Assembly: GCF_035594765.1 (NCBI RefSeq)
Contig: NC_085841.1
Coordinates: forward strand, 176,561,574-176,625,573
Origin: Anolis carolinensis
Lineage: Eukaryota
Reading direction: 5' to 3'
Length of the DNA stretch: 64,000 nucleotides
Shown here: positions 36,960-49,759 of the stretch, one piece after another
Position numbering within the stretch: position 1 is the first letter of the stretch
Layout of the letters: the number at the start of each line of letters is the position of its first letter
Position numbers and translations under genes: made by a program
The notes under the pieces: generated by a model
What the model was told of the DNA's origin: nothing
The model's database searches: none
What the model saw: the letters and a program-made list of their open reading frames with translations, nothing else

Positions 36960-37500
36960 GGTCGGGAAAGAATCAAGATGACAAGCTCCAGCTGGAGCCA
37001 GAGAAAGCTGGCAAACCTTCACTGGAGCTATTAGGGCCAGAGCCTGTACAATCCCATATAGCACTTGAAGCTCCTCAAGAGCAGGGGAAAGATGATGAGC
37101 CACTTGACGCTCCTGAGTGTCATACACTAAAGTGCCAGCTGCAAAAGAGCAAAAAAAAAAAAAAAAAAAAAGCTTTGGCTGGCCTTAAAAAGAATCAAGC
37201 TGAGGAACGACTGGGGCCTGCAGCATGGAAAGAGAGCCAGCTATAAATTAGCACATCCAAGGCCATTCCTTTGCTATCAACAACAAAATGTTGGTTTGCT
37301 ACTCGTTGCTTTATTTCTGGACTTTCACTTGTTCCTTAGATTATTCTCCTTGCTTATTCATTGACTAGCACTGGACCCTGAACTCAATCACACTTCTGCT
37401 ATCATATATTCTCCTCATATGACCCTGGACTGACTTGGATTCTTCTGTCTGTTCTCAGTAGCTCTAAAGGAGTGATTAGATATGAGTCTAAAATCATGTG
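36960..37500 (+). mobile_element. Possible old Gypsy LTR remnant
   Basis: E/P-rich degenerate frame, then a TATA-like ctataaat (37241) and a pyrimidine-rich ggac-containing tract like the other LTRs; no TSD found. Confidence 0.35.
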
Positions 37501-37520
37501 AGCAATTGCCGGCTGATAAA

Positions 37521-38155
37521 ACTATGTAACACAATTTTTGTTCCTAGGTTATAAATGTCATTTCCTAACTGAGTCTATCATAGAAACATGGGGAAAGTTT
37601 ATTAAACTACAAAACCTTTGTTTTTCTGGGACATACTGCAGCACATTTTGCTATAGGTTTTCAATGAATATCTCATAGAGTCTCAACAAATTCAACATAC
37701 GTTTATGTCAGCCACAAAAACAAAGTTTCTAGAGTATAGCAACTACAGTAGAGTCTCACTTATCCAACACTCGCTTATCCAACATTCTGGATTATCCAAC
37801 GCATTTTTGTAGTCAATGTTTTCAATATATTGTAATATTTTAGTGCTAAATTCGTAAACACAGTAATTACTACATAACATTACTGCGTATTGAACTACCT
37901 TTTCTGTCAAATGTGTTGTATAACATGATGTTTTGGTGCTTAATTTGTAAAATCATAACCTAATTTGATGTTTAATAGGCTTTTCCTTAATGCCTCCTTA
38001 TTATCCAACATATTCGCTTATCCAACATTCTGCCAGCCTGTTTATGTTGGGTAAGTGAGACTCTACTGTACTTTCAAAGTAAATACTGCGCAATTAAATG
38101 ATGAACAACGCTTTCAAACCAGGATCAGACAATGTTTCAAATTTTGTTACATAGT
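37521..38155. mobile_element. Chapaev-like non-autonomous DNA transposon hosting a MITE
   Basis: TIR actatgtaac / gttacatagt; a related right end recurs at ~48860-48925. Confidence 0.65.
37746..38068 (-). mobile_element. Tc1/Mariner MITE (nested, reverse orientation)
   Basis: Same TIRs, TA TSD; reverse complement of 36005-36327. Confidence 0.9.
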
Positions 38156-38213
38156 ATAATACCAATCTTTGTCTTTCATCTGCCGTTATTTGTGATTGGC
38201 TTTACCTGTACCA

Positions 38214-38502
38214 CAAGTGGATAATCTCTTATCCAAAATTCTAAAATCGATAATATTCCAAAATTCAAAATTGTCCACATGGCTATCTGAGATAATGACA
38301 GCTTTGTTTCCTGGTAATTCAATTTATACAAACTTTTGTTTCATTCACAAAATTATTTAACATATTGTATAAAAGGTTCAGGTTCAGTGTATTAAGCATA
38401 TATGAAAAAAAATAGGTATTCCAAAATTTGAAGGAAAAAAAACCATCCCAAATCCAAAGGACTTCTGGTCCCAAGCACTCTGAATAAGGGATAATCAACC
38501 TG
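38214..38502. mobile_element. Tigger-like non-autonomous element
   Basis: Ends ...cttatccaaaattc / gaataagggataatcaacctg. Confidence 0.6.
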
Positions 38503-38814
38503 TATTACAGCCATAGGTCAGTTAACAAAGCATCTAATAGTAAAAGTTCTTTTTACGAACTCTTTTATGCCCTCATCCCATTCCTCCTCATTGTCTGTCT
38601 AGCTAGAAGGTTTTTGAGTACCACTGGCATTTGGAGAATAGTAAAGAGAGAGCTGGGAAAACAGTGTTGGGTTGAAACAATATGTCTGCAATAAAAATCT
38701 TCAGCAAGGAAACAATAGGAGAATTGAATAGAATTCTAGTCAAATTTACTGTGCCAATCCTTGTCTTCATGTGACAGGCATATTTAAAAATGTATGGTTG
38801 CTTACCTATCACAG

Positions 38815-40420
38815 TGTTCATTCAAGTAGTCATCTGTGAAATTTGCACAAATACAGAAGCAATGGCAATGTTGACGTGATAGAGATCTGCTGCTGCTGCT
38901 CTGATGGGAAGAGCGGATCCTCCACTGACACTGGCGGCTTTTCAGTAGGAAAGTTGAGAGCACGTGCCAAGCAAAGTATCAAATGTGGAAAAGTTTTCAG
39001 TCATCCACGAGCATGGGGCCCAGATCAACCTTCAGCTCATGAGGGTCCTCAATGCCACATGAGGAGTCCGAATCCTTCGTTAGGGGCGCAGCTGTAGTGG
39101 TGGACAAAGGTAGTGCCACCCTGCGCTGAGCAGAATCCTGGAGGGGCAGCTGGTCATAATCTGGCAGTAAAGGAGGGATGTGCTGCCTATGATCATCTTG
39201 GGCATGAGGCCCAAAATAATAGGAGTGCCCACCAGGCGAGTGAGGGCAGAAATCCTGCTGTGGGATATACAAAGGTAGCTCCTGCTGCTTGTGTATTGGG
39301 GGGATCAGAAGGTAGGCTGGTGTTTGTGCTAGAGGGAGGTGGCTCCTTGATCCCAAGGAGTCCAACACAATCAACAAGTGTCGGTCCCACAGCAGGACTG
39401 CTTGAAGAGGGCTTGATGAGGGTGACCAGTGCCTGACAGGGTGGGGAGGTCCATGCCTGCATCGCCCGCAGGTGAGCGGCCTCCCTGAGGGGCATGGGCG
39501 GCAGCGATGGCTGGCCCTGGAGGACCTCTACAGCTGCCTGCCTTGGTGCCTACATCGGCCGCACAAGGGCTGTGGCCTGCGCTTCTGCTGAGGGCAGGAA
39601 TGCGGAAGCATTCGACACCTCCAGCAGAGAAAAGCCTCCCTGCTGCCTTGCCATCTCTCCCGTCAACAGAGGCGCTGGGGAGGAGGGCCGGCTTGGTTAC
39701 GCTGCAGCAAGGGGAGGCGTAGGAGTGTATCCAGAGACCGCCGGAGGCTTTTTCTTCCTTCCTTGCTTTTGCCTCCTTTTGAGCTGCTCTGGTCCTTGGT
39801 GCTGTATTACAACCTGGAGTGTTTAGCCACAGCTGGCTGCACCACAGCTGACAAAGAGGCCATGCCTGAAGGTAATGGTGTTTGGTTGTCCACAACTGGG
39901 TGGGCTCTAAGGTGACCCGCATCCTGGAGCTTGGAATAGTGGGAAGGATGGCCTGCTCATACAGCATGGCCTTAAGACACTGGTCCAGATTCTTCCTTGT
40001 CTGGGATGTAAAAGATCAACACACTTCACAAGAGCTCACAATATGCCTTTCACCCAAACAGACCAAATATATATCATATCCATCAACGTCTAGTAACTTA
40101 GTACCACAAGATGCACATTTTTAAAGCAATGAGTAGACATCTCTTGCCTGAGTAGTACACAATCTGGATCAAAACCATAGTATCAAAGGAGTATCCAAAG
40201 AGTAGACAATCTGTAGGTCAACACAATAGCTACTCAGTAGTAAGAGATTCTTCTGCTGGCTGCTGAGGCAGTGGAAAAAACTGAGGCTACAACCCATTAC
40301 CCTGCATTATATCATCTGGGGAGTGTGGGCAGGGTTATAGCCGTAAAGCTAGAAAGCTTTCCAGAAGATTCAGAGACTTGCTGTGCAGGTGCAGAAATTG
40401 GAAATCATAAGATATTTTTG
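38815..40420 (-). mobile_element. DIRS1-like tyrosine-recombinase retrotransposon remnant (gag pseudogene, internally deleted)
   Basis: From ATG at 40140 (minus): MSTHCFK/KCASCGTKLLDVDGYDIYLVCLGERHIVSSCEVC*SFTSQTRKNLDQCLKAMLYEQAI, matching the vertebrate DIRS gag N-terminal Cys/His finger; later LARALNFP..DPLF; DIRS-like terminus gtcatctgtgaa near 38830. Confidence 0.75.
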
Positions 40421-43400
40421 TGTACTTATGCAAAGCTGTCCTGCCAGGAATATTTCATTTTCAATGTGCAAGTTGTGAGTTTCGGATAAAAAAAATGTTT
40501 CCTAAAACATAATGAACTGCTCTTTTTTGTGGTTCTTTGGTTTGTAGCATCTATTTGTATTCTTTCCATATTATTTCTGCTACTGGTATCAAGTTTTCTG
40601 TTAAAGAAGTAATGTTCACATATGTATCTTTCTTAGCTGAAGTACAACTATATTTTAAAAAGGTGGGCCTCAGGCCCCTTCTACATTGCCATATAATCCA
40701 GATTATCAAAGCAGATAATCCAGAAGAATGATGGCTTGTGTTTTGTATCGCGGTACTTGTTACAATCCTATGCACACACATATGAGTTCAAGCTCCATGA
40801 AAACAGTTGGACTTGCATTTAGGTAAATATGGATTATGTTTTCTGCCAATCCTATCTCCCTGCCAACTGCCACCTTTGTCAAATGCATAAGAGACGCACA
40901 GTTCCATCTGGTAGACAGACTAATAAAAGAAATTAAGAAATTAGATGATGTAGTTTGAATACAAAGTACTATTTTAAAGATGCACCTTTAACCAATGCAG
41001 CCTTTTTACTAGAACAACTTCTAATGGTGCCTTCTAATATGCATGCAACTGGGTCCCAAACCTCCTTTTTGAAAACAGAAAAGATCCCTCAAGAGATCAT
41101 TTTTGTCCATTTCTTTCCCCATGTACAGCCCACTGCAACTTTTACAAGCTGTCTGAAAATTACCAAGATCTGCAAAATGGGTGACACACAGGGCTGCAAA
41201 AACAGAAAAAATAATCTGCAAAAATCAGCTCCTTTTTGACAGGCAGAATTCAGCTCATGAGATCTGCAGATTCAAGTCTTCAGGTTCCGCCTCGTCTTCT
41301 CTCCTCCTCCCAGTCCCAAATAGGTCAGAATGCCTGATTTTGAGGATTTTCATTCACACTGCCTGACACATTAAGTAAAACAACTCCTCTCCCCCATCTA
41401 ATGAGCCATTTTACATTTCGTGAATAGGAGCATGTGGCTCCCTAGATGCTGTCAGACTACAAGCCCCATCAGACCCACCCAACAATGGTGAAGGATGATG
41501 TGAGATGAGCTCCAATACTTAGAAGAAGGATTACGTCTATCCCAGTATAGTCCTTTTTTTTTTTTTGAAGCTGCCCACTTCCAACTTGAACCTCTTGCTG
41601 TTGCCATTATTGTGTTAAGCACAGGGCACAGTTTCTCCTTCCCTTCACCTCAGTGCATACATAATTTTTTTAAAATGTAGTTCTGCTGCTACATTAATTT
41701 TTCAGTCCTACACGCCTAAAACCACTGAAAGTGCCTAATGCTGCATGGATAGTCTGTAATCCTCACGAAACAGCATAATCTGCCCAAGAGCCATTCTCAT
41801 TTATTAAACAAGAAAGAGCATTCACTGCTAGCATCTCCTTGTGTTTCATTTTTAACATGAGCTTAAATGCCAACCACAGCAGGGATGAATATAGTGGACT
41901 AAGAGAATTAGACCTAGTGGTATATAATTCCCCTAGCTACTTAAACACAAGCCATAGCTGCTTAAACATAGGAACCTTCACATCTTATTGCTTCAGTTAT
42001 GCTAGGATATTGTGCTTGTTCAGTAAGTCAAAACAGTAGCAGAACAATGTCCCCTCTTGTACTTTTTCTACTAGCACTATTCTGGATACAACCCAGTGTT
42101 TTCAAACCAGGGCTGCAACAGTGCCTTTCACTAATGCTACACTACAAGGAGTCTTGCACTCTAATTAGTCAAAAGCGAACATAATCTACTAATGAGCAAT
42201 CTGGGCAGCATGTCACTTTGGATTTTCAGTTATGGCCATAAGCATGGTTCCGAAAAGGACACAGCTGCACATCACTGAATCAAATTATAGATGCCAGAGG
42301 ACTTACTCCTTGGAAGAGCAAGGCACTTGACTGCACTACTATACATCTACAGTTGGGGAGATTCATGTTTATTTACCATTTTCATTAGACATAAGTGCAA
42401 GAACAAGAACAAGAAAACAAATACAACACAAAACCCTCAAACTATGATCATTCACTGAAGAAAGTAAGGACATCTGTATACATAGCTTGTAAACCCCACC
42501 ACATTTATTTGCACCAGGCACTATTATTCTGTGATAACTCTGATATTATCTGGGGAGGGAATATATATCAACAAGTTAAGAAATCAGTGGTATTTGGTAC
42601 TTTGTGGTTTTCAGTTGCACCATAAAAAGAGACAGAGCTATCAGACAAGACAAAGCTCATCATCCTTTTTTCATTAAATACTTTGTTCATTATAAACAAA
42701 TGTGTTTTTTTCATTTTAAATTAAGTGTAAATAGGATAAAAATCAATAAACTTAATAAAAGCATTAAAATTCAAGCCTTTGTTAAATATCCTGTTTATGG
42801 CAGCAGATTCCATGTGTTCAATTGTGTCTGCCTGTGCCCACTGTTGTATGGTTATAAATGAAGGCGCCAACTGATTCTGAAGAATCTTTACAAAGACGTC
42901 ATTACAATTTCAAGTTCTTTGCAGGCTCAGAAAAAAAAACTCCTCAGACCCTTGCCTTTTACCCAGTTTCATGTATTCTACTTTTTCTAAAGTTCTGTCA
43001 TAAGCAATAAAAAAGGGATTTTTTTCCCCTCTTCCCTAAAAGCACTTCAGTACTGTATGTTTTCTTGCAGTAATGTCCTATCAGGAGATCTAGGGAAACT
43101 ATAATATCTACACCAGCAGGCCAAACTGAAGCATAGGTAAGATTAACATATATATTTTTGCATCTGACTTGTAAAAGCAGATAAAATATTTAATATGTAT
43201 TTTTACAATTTATTTTACCAGCACCTTCAGAATAACAATCATAACTGCAGGGAAGCAGAAAGGCAGGCAGATACATCAGTGGAGGAATCAGTCAAAGTAT
43301 AAAGCCATGCCACTCTCCCAATGACATTAGTGTAGGTGTGGCAGTCAAAAATGAGATTATGAAAAGAACACTGTCAATATCAAAGTCTGAGAAGAAATAC

Positions 43401-43669
43401 CATTATATATACTCGTGTGTAATTCAAAAAGAATGCCACCAAATGCCTGGATTGATTTATACACAGGTCAGGGCTGGAATAGCGACCCAGTGCAAAGGCA
43501 GAGGCCTTCATTACCCCCCCCCCCCCCATGCCTAACCCACAAGAAGAAAGGCAGCTCCCCCTTTCTCACCTTGCTTTTCAAGCCAAATGGCAATAATTTT
43601 TAATAGGGGTATATTGTCAGCCTTATTGAAAATGGCTACCACAGTCTCTCTGCAGAGAAACTTCTACAG

Positions 43670-43796
43670 CAGTGGTTTCCAACCTTTGGGCCTCCAGGTG
43701 TTTTGGACTTCAACTTCCAGAAATCCCAGCCAGCTTACCAGCTGTCAGGAGTTGTGGGAGCTAAAGTCCAAAACATCTGGAGGCTGGGAACCACTG
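43670..43796. mobile_element. Short hAT MITE (127 bp)
   Basis: TIRs cagtggtttccaacc / ggctgggaaccactg; perfect 8-bp TSD TTCTACAG. Confidence 0.9.
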
Positions 43797-44654
43797 TTCT
43801 ACAGGAAGTCATTATTAAAATGGCTGCCAGCACTCCACCTCAAGCACCCAAATGGCATGTGTCACCATCCTCAGGTTGTCATGAACTCATCTGGTGTGTT
43901 CACAACATCAGAACTCCTCAATGCCATGAGTTCACAGCCAAGGTCAGTGAATGAAAATAGAATAAAAACATCTGCATGGGAAAGACCTTAATAAAATGAA
44001 CTGGCTCAGACTGAAAGACCTGGTGGCTGTATGGAGGAACTTTGGGAGTTCAGGGGGTAAGGCTTTCGGGGATATTAAACGGAGAAGTTGCCCATGTTTC
44101 TTCATTTGTAACTTTGCTGTATATTAGTAACCTAGCATTAAAGACATTTCCAAGATTCCTTGTGAGTGAATTTAATTGCTAACAAGTTTCTGCAATCATC
44201 ACACAGGTGCCCCCATGTTGCTGTTGAACACCTTTCTTTCTGTGGGCAGAGGGAGATGTAATGAGGTGAGAGCATGTCTTGCCTCTGCCTCTTATCCTTT
44301 CCTTGTTTTTCTAACCTGCTTTTTAATGATGCATTTCCATTCTTTTCTTCATTTGTATTCTTTTCTCTATCTGTATTTCTATAGATGTAAACATCCTAAA
44401 GTCAGCAATGCAATTTGCACCCCATTGTAACCTATCAAATAAAGTAGCTTCCCTCTGTGCATTTTTCCAACGAGAAAATATTTCTTTGTTACCTGCTCCA
44501 AAATGTTTTATGCTCGACTTACCCATATATCAAAGTTAAATCCATAATTTTGGTCCCAAAACCTGTCCTCGACTTATACAAGAGATGGGCTTATATACAA
44601 GTATGAGTCCCTTTGGGAAGATAGGGCGTGATATAAATAAAATTTTATTATTAT

Positions 44655-44692
<38 letters not shown>

Positions 44693-47385
44693 TATACAAT
44701 AATTTTACTAATTCCATTTTCAAGCATGACTGTTGATGGCCTTTGTCCATCACTTGATCAGAATCCATGTCTTTTATTTCTATTGTAAAGCCTAATAACC
44801 TAGTATTTTTCATATATCATCTGAAATCAGAACGGCAAAGATGCACAGGTAACTATTTTGTCTCAAGTTTGGAAATCAGCATGTTGTTGATTCAAATGTT
44901 GACCACACAGTTCAATTACCTTCTGTAGTGCCGAGAAACACTCCTGGTCTCTTCACCATGGTTTGTGGGTTAGGACTAGTCCATGGAATTACACACTCCC
45001 AACCTCTCACATACATTCTGCTCTTGCCAGCTTAATCAGAATTGTAGCCATACCAATCCTGGCATGACTGATTACAATATGTAACCATAATTAAAGGAAT
45101 GGGCCATGTTAGTTAATGGGTAACGGTGGTCAAAACTGGCCTGAATATCCAAAACATCTTTGCCATCTTATTTGATAGGAGTTACTAAATGTCGTCTCCA
45201 TTAAATCATCTGCCTTTGCTTTTCACAGCACCCAATCCAAGTCCAGTTTCAAAAGCATAATTGCTTCACCTCTCATTATTGTCACATGGCTATACAGACA
45301 TGCTATCTTTAGTCATTTCACTAATTAAATTACATCAAATTACAGCAAACTGGGGATATGGTATGACAGCAATATGGATTAGCAAATTATGCTTTTTTTG
45401 CCCATAAGAAGACATTAAACTGTGCTTGCTGATATTAAATACTCTTTTAGACACATCCCTTTAGCGACCATTTAAATTTAACACAGCACAAAAGATCAGA
45501 GCAAGCAGTATAACAATGTTAGTCACCATCAACAAACATGAAGACCGTGATGTGAGATGGAAATAATATTGGCTACTCTGACCAGAAGAAAAAATAATAC
45601 ACTGATGGAATACATGGTGAACAAAAGCAAACACTACTCTTGCAGATTAATGACACGTCACACTAATTCCAAGAGGCTGAAATCATAAATGAAGAGTAGA
45701 ACACAGTAATTACTCCACTGCCTTATCAAAAGGAATTAGCTTTATTCTACGAACATTGAGAGTATCTATTTTGATAAGCATACAATATTACCCAGTAGCA
45801 GACACCAAACGCACATTCCATTTTCCTTCCAGCCATTCATGGCACATGATAGGAATCTAAGAAAAACACAGCTGCCGTTCTGTTAACATGGTTGCCAGCC
45901 AGATGCCTCTGGGCAGCCCACACTCAAGACATGAGCAAAACTCTGGCCTGCAAAATCTGCACTGTGAAATGACCATACGCCAATGACCTCACCAGTCCAC
46001 CTGATTATCATTATGTGCACAACACCTGTGCTTTCTTTAAAACTACGCCTGGCCAAGTTCCCTTCTGCTTAGAGGCTTTTAAAATTGAATGTTGATTTTA
46101 AAAGCAGAAATGTTTATGACACACTGTCCCCATAACATTGGTGAAGCATTTTTCCACTGAACTTCTAGAAGACATTCTAATACTTCATTACCTTCCATTT
46201 TTAGTTTATTTGCAAATTCAAATTGGATACTTTTCAGTAATATTTACAAATACCAATTCCTGGTTTTACATTCTCTTAATATGTTCCTGTATTCTCCAGC
46301 AAAACAAGAGCTGCTGAAGTCCCCAAGGCTGATGGTCCACAGACAGACAATAAAAATTACAGTAATCGTCCACATTTTAACATAGACCAAAAAATTACAG
46401 TGAAATCATGTTTGTGTGTGTCCATACACACACATGCAAATACACATATATGCACAGCCATGGCACATAATCTTCTAGCAATAGCACAGAAGAATCTATG
46501 CTCGGCATCCTTCACCAATCATAGGTATTCGAAATGTTTTAAGGATCATAAAAACATGTTAAAAATGTATACTGGTTGTATAGGAATCTGGGCATTCTAA
46601 ATCCAAAAATTATTTTAGCTTTGCTCTATCACATATATCCTTCCCCCCCCCCCCCCCCCATCTACTTTGATGTTTCTATCTTGTAATATGTGACTGGGTA
46701 AGATTTCTCTGGGAAATAAAAAATAAACAGAAAGAAAGTAGAAAGCTTTTAGTAGAAAGCTTTAATTCACTGATATGAAAAACAAAATTCATTCAAAAGC
46801 ACTAGAAATCACACTGGAACATCAGACTCCACACATAATTAAAACTGAATTGATGAAAATACTGAATTTGTTAAAGAGCTGTCTGTGGTACGGCATTTTT
46901 ATTGTGTTTTTCTTATTTAGCACCCCAAAATACATTAACAGCAGCTACAGCAGATTCTTTGTGCATGGTCTGTCAGGGCTTTGATCTGCGAACCTCACCT
47001 CCTCCAAGGTGAACAAAACCACCTAAACTGGGCTCTACAGGACAATGGATACTCCACCACAGACATCAGAAGAGCTGCAAGGCCAAGAACAAGCCATGAG
47101 AGTCAAGACAAAGATCCACCCAGAGGAAAGGTGTTCTTACCATACATCAAGGGAACCACTGACCGCATAGGCAAACTGATGAAGAAGCACAACCTACAAA
47201 CTATCTACAGACCCACAAAGAAAATCCAACAAATGCTATGGTCAGCGAAGGACAAGAGGGATCCTCTCTCCTCTGCAGGAGTCTACTGGATACCATGCAG
47301 CTGTGGACAAGTATACATAGGGACCACCAAACACAGCGCCCAAACACAAATCAAAGAACATGAAAGACACTGCAGACTAACTCAA

Positions 47386-48298
47386 TGTGATGATTCATGG
47401 GCCATGTAGTCCCGTTCCTAGTGCTGTTGTGACAGATGAAGAGGAAAACTTGGGTTTTCCACCATTTCAGCCAGAAAAGGAACTATCCCAGCCAGAAATG
47501 GAGCCTTTGCACCTGCAGGAGGTTTGTCTTCCAGAAATCTGCCAAACAAGCCCTGAGTCAAAGTCTCCCCCTTTTTCTCGCCGTAATTATTATCTCCAGC
47601 AAAAAGGAGTGCAACAGGCTAATCGCAGGAGCTTGAGAATTGCAGCAAAGCATTCAGATGATTAAGCCTGCTTCCATGAGAAATTTTAGGGAGTGATACA
47701 TCTGGACACAGAGATTGACTTTCGTTTCTGGTTCCCCAGAGAAGTGTTCTCTGGTGGGGAAACGAGGCCCTATTTAGGTTCCTTGCTCCCGAAGGAATCT
47801 TGCGGAGTCAATTCGTCAGCTACCGGAGCAGCGTGTGTGGACAGCTACTCCTGCTCCCAAGCCTTGTTCCTGTTCCAAGCCTTCGTTCCCAGCCTTGTTT
47901 TCTCCCCGGATCTTGCCTTGTTTCCCGGACCTTGCCAAGTAATTACCACGGATCTTGTTCTTGCTCCTCGTTTCCTTGTTGCCTTGAATCAAGCCTTGTG
48001 TTCCAAGAATCAAGTTATTTCCTAGCCCTGCTCAAGTTCATGGACTAAAGGACCTTGTCATCTCCCCTCACTTGCTTGGCAAGTGAGTGTTTCGGTTATT
48101 GGATTACAACTTTGGACCTTAATATTTCATATTGGACCTTGCTTCTTTGGACTAATTTTGACCTTTCCTGAAAGGTCTACTTCTGGACTATTTCCTATAC
48201 TTGTTTTTATTAACTTTATATATTTCCTTAATAAAGATATTAGATAGATTCTGGCCTCTGTGTATGGTTATTGGTGCTCTGCAGCCTGGGTCCTGACA
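47386..48298 (+). mobile_element. Solo LTR related to the 20614 chromovirus, 913 bp
   Basis: TGTGA...TGACA termini, TSD CTCAA, clear homology to 20614-21586. Confidence 0.95.
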
Positions 48299-48748
48299 CT
48301 CAACCAGAGAAATCAGCCATAGCAGAGCACTTGATGAACCAACCTGGACACAGTATATTATTTGAGAACACAGGAATGCTTGGCCACTCCAACAACTATC
48401 ATGTCAGACTACACAGAGAAGCCATTGAAATCCACAAGCATGTGGACAACTTCAACAGAAAGGAGGAAACCATGAAAATGAACAAAATCTGGCTACCAGT
48501 ATTAAAAAACTCAAAAATCATAACAGTAGATGGGAAGCAGCACTCTGAGGGCAGAGGAGCTCCAGGGATGACTAATGACTCTGAACAAAGGATGCTCCCC
48601 AGGCAAGAGACAAACCTTTCCAATGCTAATTAGAGTGATTAACTGCAACATTCACGCAACATTCCAACTCACAAAGAACTCTTCTCACACCCTGGACTTC
48701 CACAGATATATATTAACCTCCCTTGCCTAGTTTCTCCATGCCTCACAA

Positions 48749-48790
48749 CCTCTGAGGATGTCTGCCATAGATGTGGGCGAAACGTCAGAA
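48749..48790 (+). ncRNA. Minimal type I hammerhead ribozyme motif of Penelope
   Basis: cct-CTGAGGA-stem II-GAAA-CG-TC core, with predicted cleavage after GUC at 48786. Confidence 0.7.
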
Positions 48791-49759
48791 GAGAATACTT
48801 CTGGAACATGGCCATACAGCCCGGAATACATACAACAACCCTAAGTAGCAATACCACAGAATTAAACAAGAAATTACACTTTCAAACCAGGAACAGAAAA
48901 TCTTTCAAATTTTGTTAGATAATGTTATTCGCTAAGAGGGGAAATCAACTGTCCTGACTTTCTTGCCTTGTTGTTTAACTCATATGGATGTGTAATCCTT
49001 TCCCCTCTCCTTTGATACTTTGTCCCTGGGGCTTATCCTCCCGCTCAGAGAGCTCTCCCTCACAACCATGTCCTATATTAAATACAGCCCTAGATAGCTT
49101 TGCCTTAACTGCCTTTATAATCAATTCAGTTAGAAATCCTTGATTAGTGCTGCACTAGATTCCAGTGAAAATGAATGTAGGTCACTTTAGTCCCCAGGGA
49201 ATGGAGATGATTTTGGTTGGACAGTGGACTATGGGAAGGAAACCAAGGAGAGGATACAGCTGGAGCCTCTTTGGGAATGCCAAGAGCTGAGTCACTGTGA
49301 GCTCAACTCAATATGTACTTTCGGGATTGTAGTTTAGTTAAAACTGTGCTAAAACGTCAGCTAAATCTGATTGTCTCTGAATTGAACATCTGAATATGCA
49401 GTTTTTTCCTTTTATGTGCATATTGTTTTACTATACTATGACATATATACATGTCACAGTATATGTGTTCATTTTAGCTCCTTCCCAGACTTAAAAGTAT
49501 CCAGAAAAGGTTTTTTGCCATACTGCTAAACCTCTGCTTCTTTACCATATATACTCTTGAATAAATTCACTTCCTGTACAAATCAAAAGGAGGCTTGGGG
49601 GACAAAATTATGGATTTCGCAAAGGAACAAGTTGAACTTAAAGGCATGTAACAACAAAATATTTCCCTCTCTCTTTAAATATGCATGGAGGAGACATACC
49701 TTTAGGAAGAGATAAAGAGAAGGCGAGAGCCTGTTTATTTGAGGATTGTAACTGTGGAG

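Larger units (their letters stand above)
46981..48843 (+). mobile_element. 5'-truncated Penelope-like element (GIY-YIG endonuclease), split by a solo LTR
   Basis: LPYIKGTTDRIGKLMKKH, GVYWIPCSCGQVYIGTT, IKEHERHCRLTQ|PEKSAIAEH, REAIEI..NFNR; 3' end carries a hammerhead motif. Confidence 0.92.

Noticed and set aside
38843-40124. Overlapping 100-200 aa ORFs as a nested host gene
   Set aside because: Explained by a GC-rich decayed DIRS gag with stops and frameshifts.
43858-44205. Possible small solo LTR (TGTCA...TCACA, ATTAAA)
   Set aside because: No convincing TSD and no second copy in the window.
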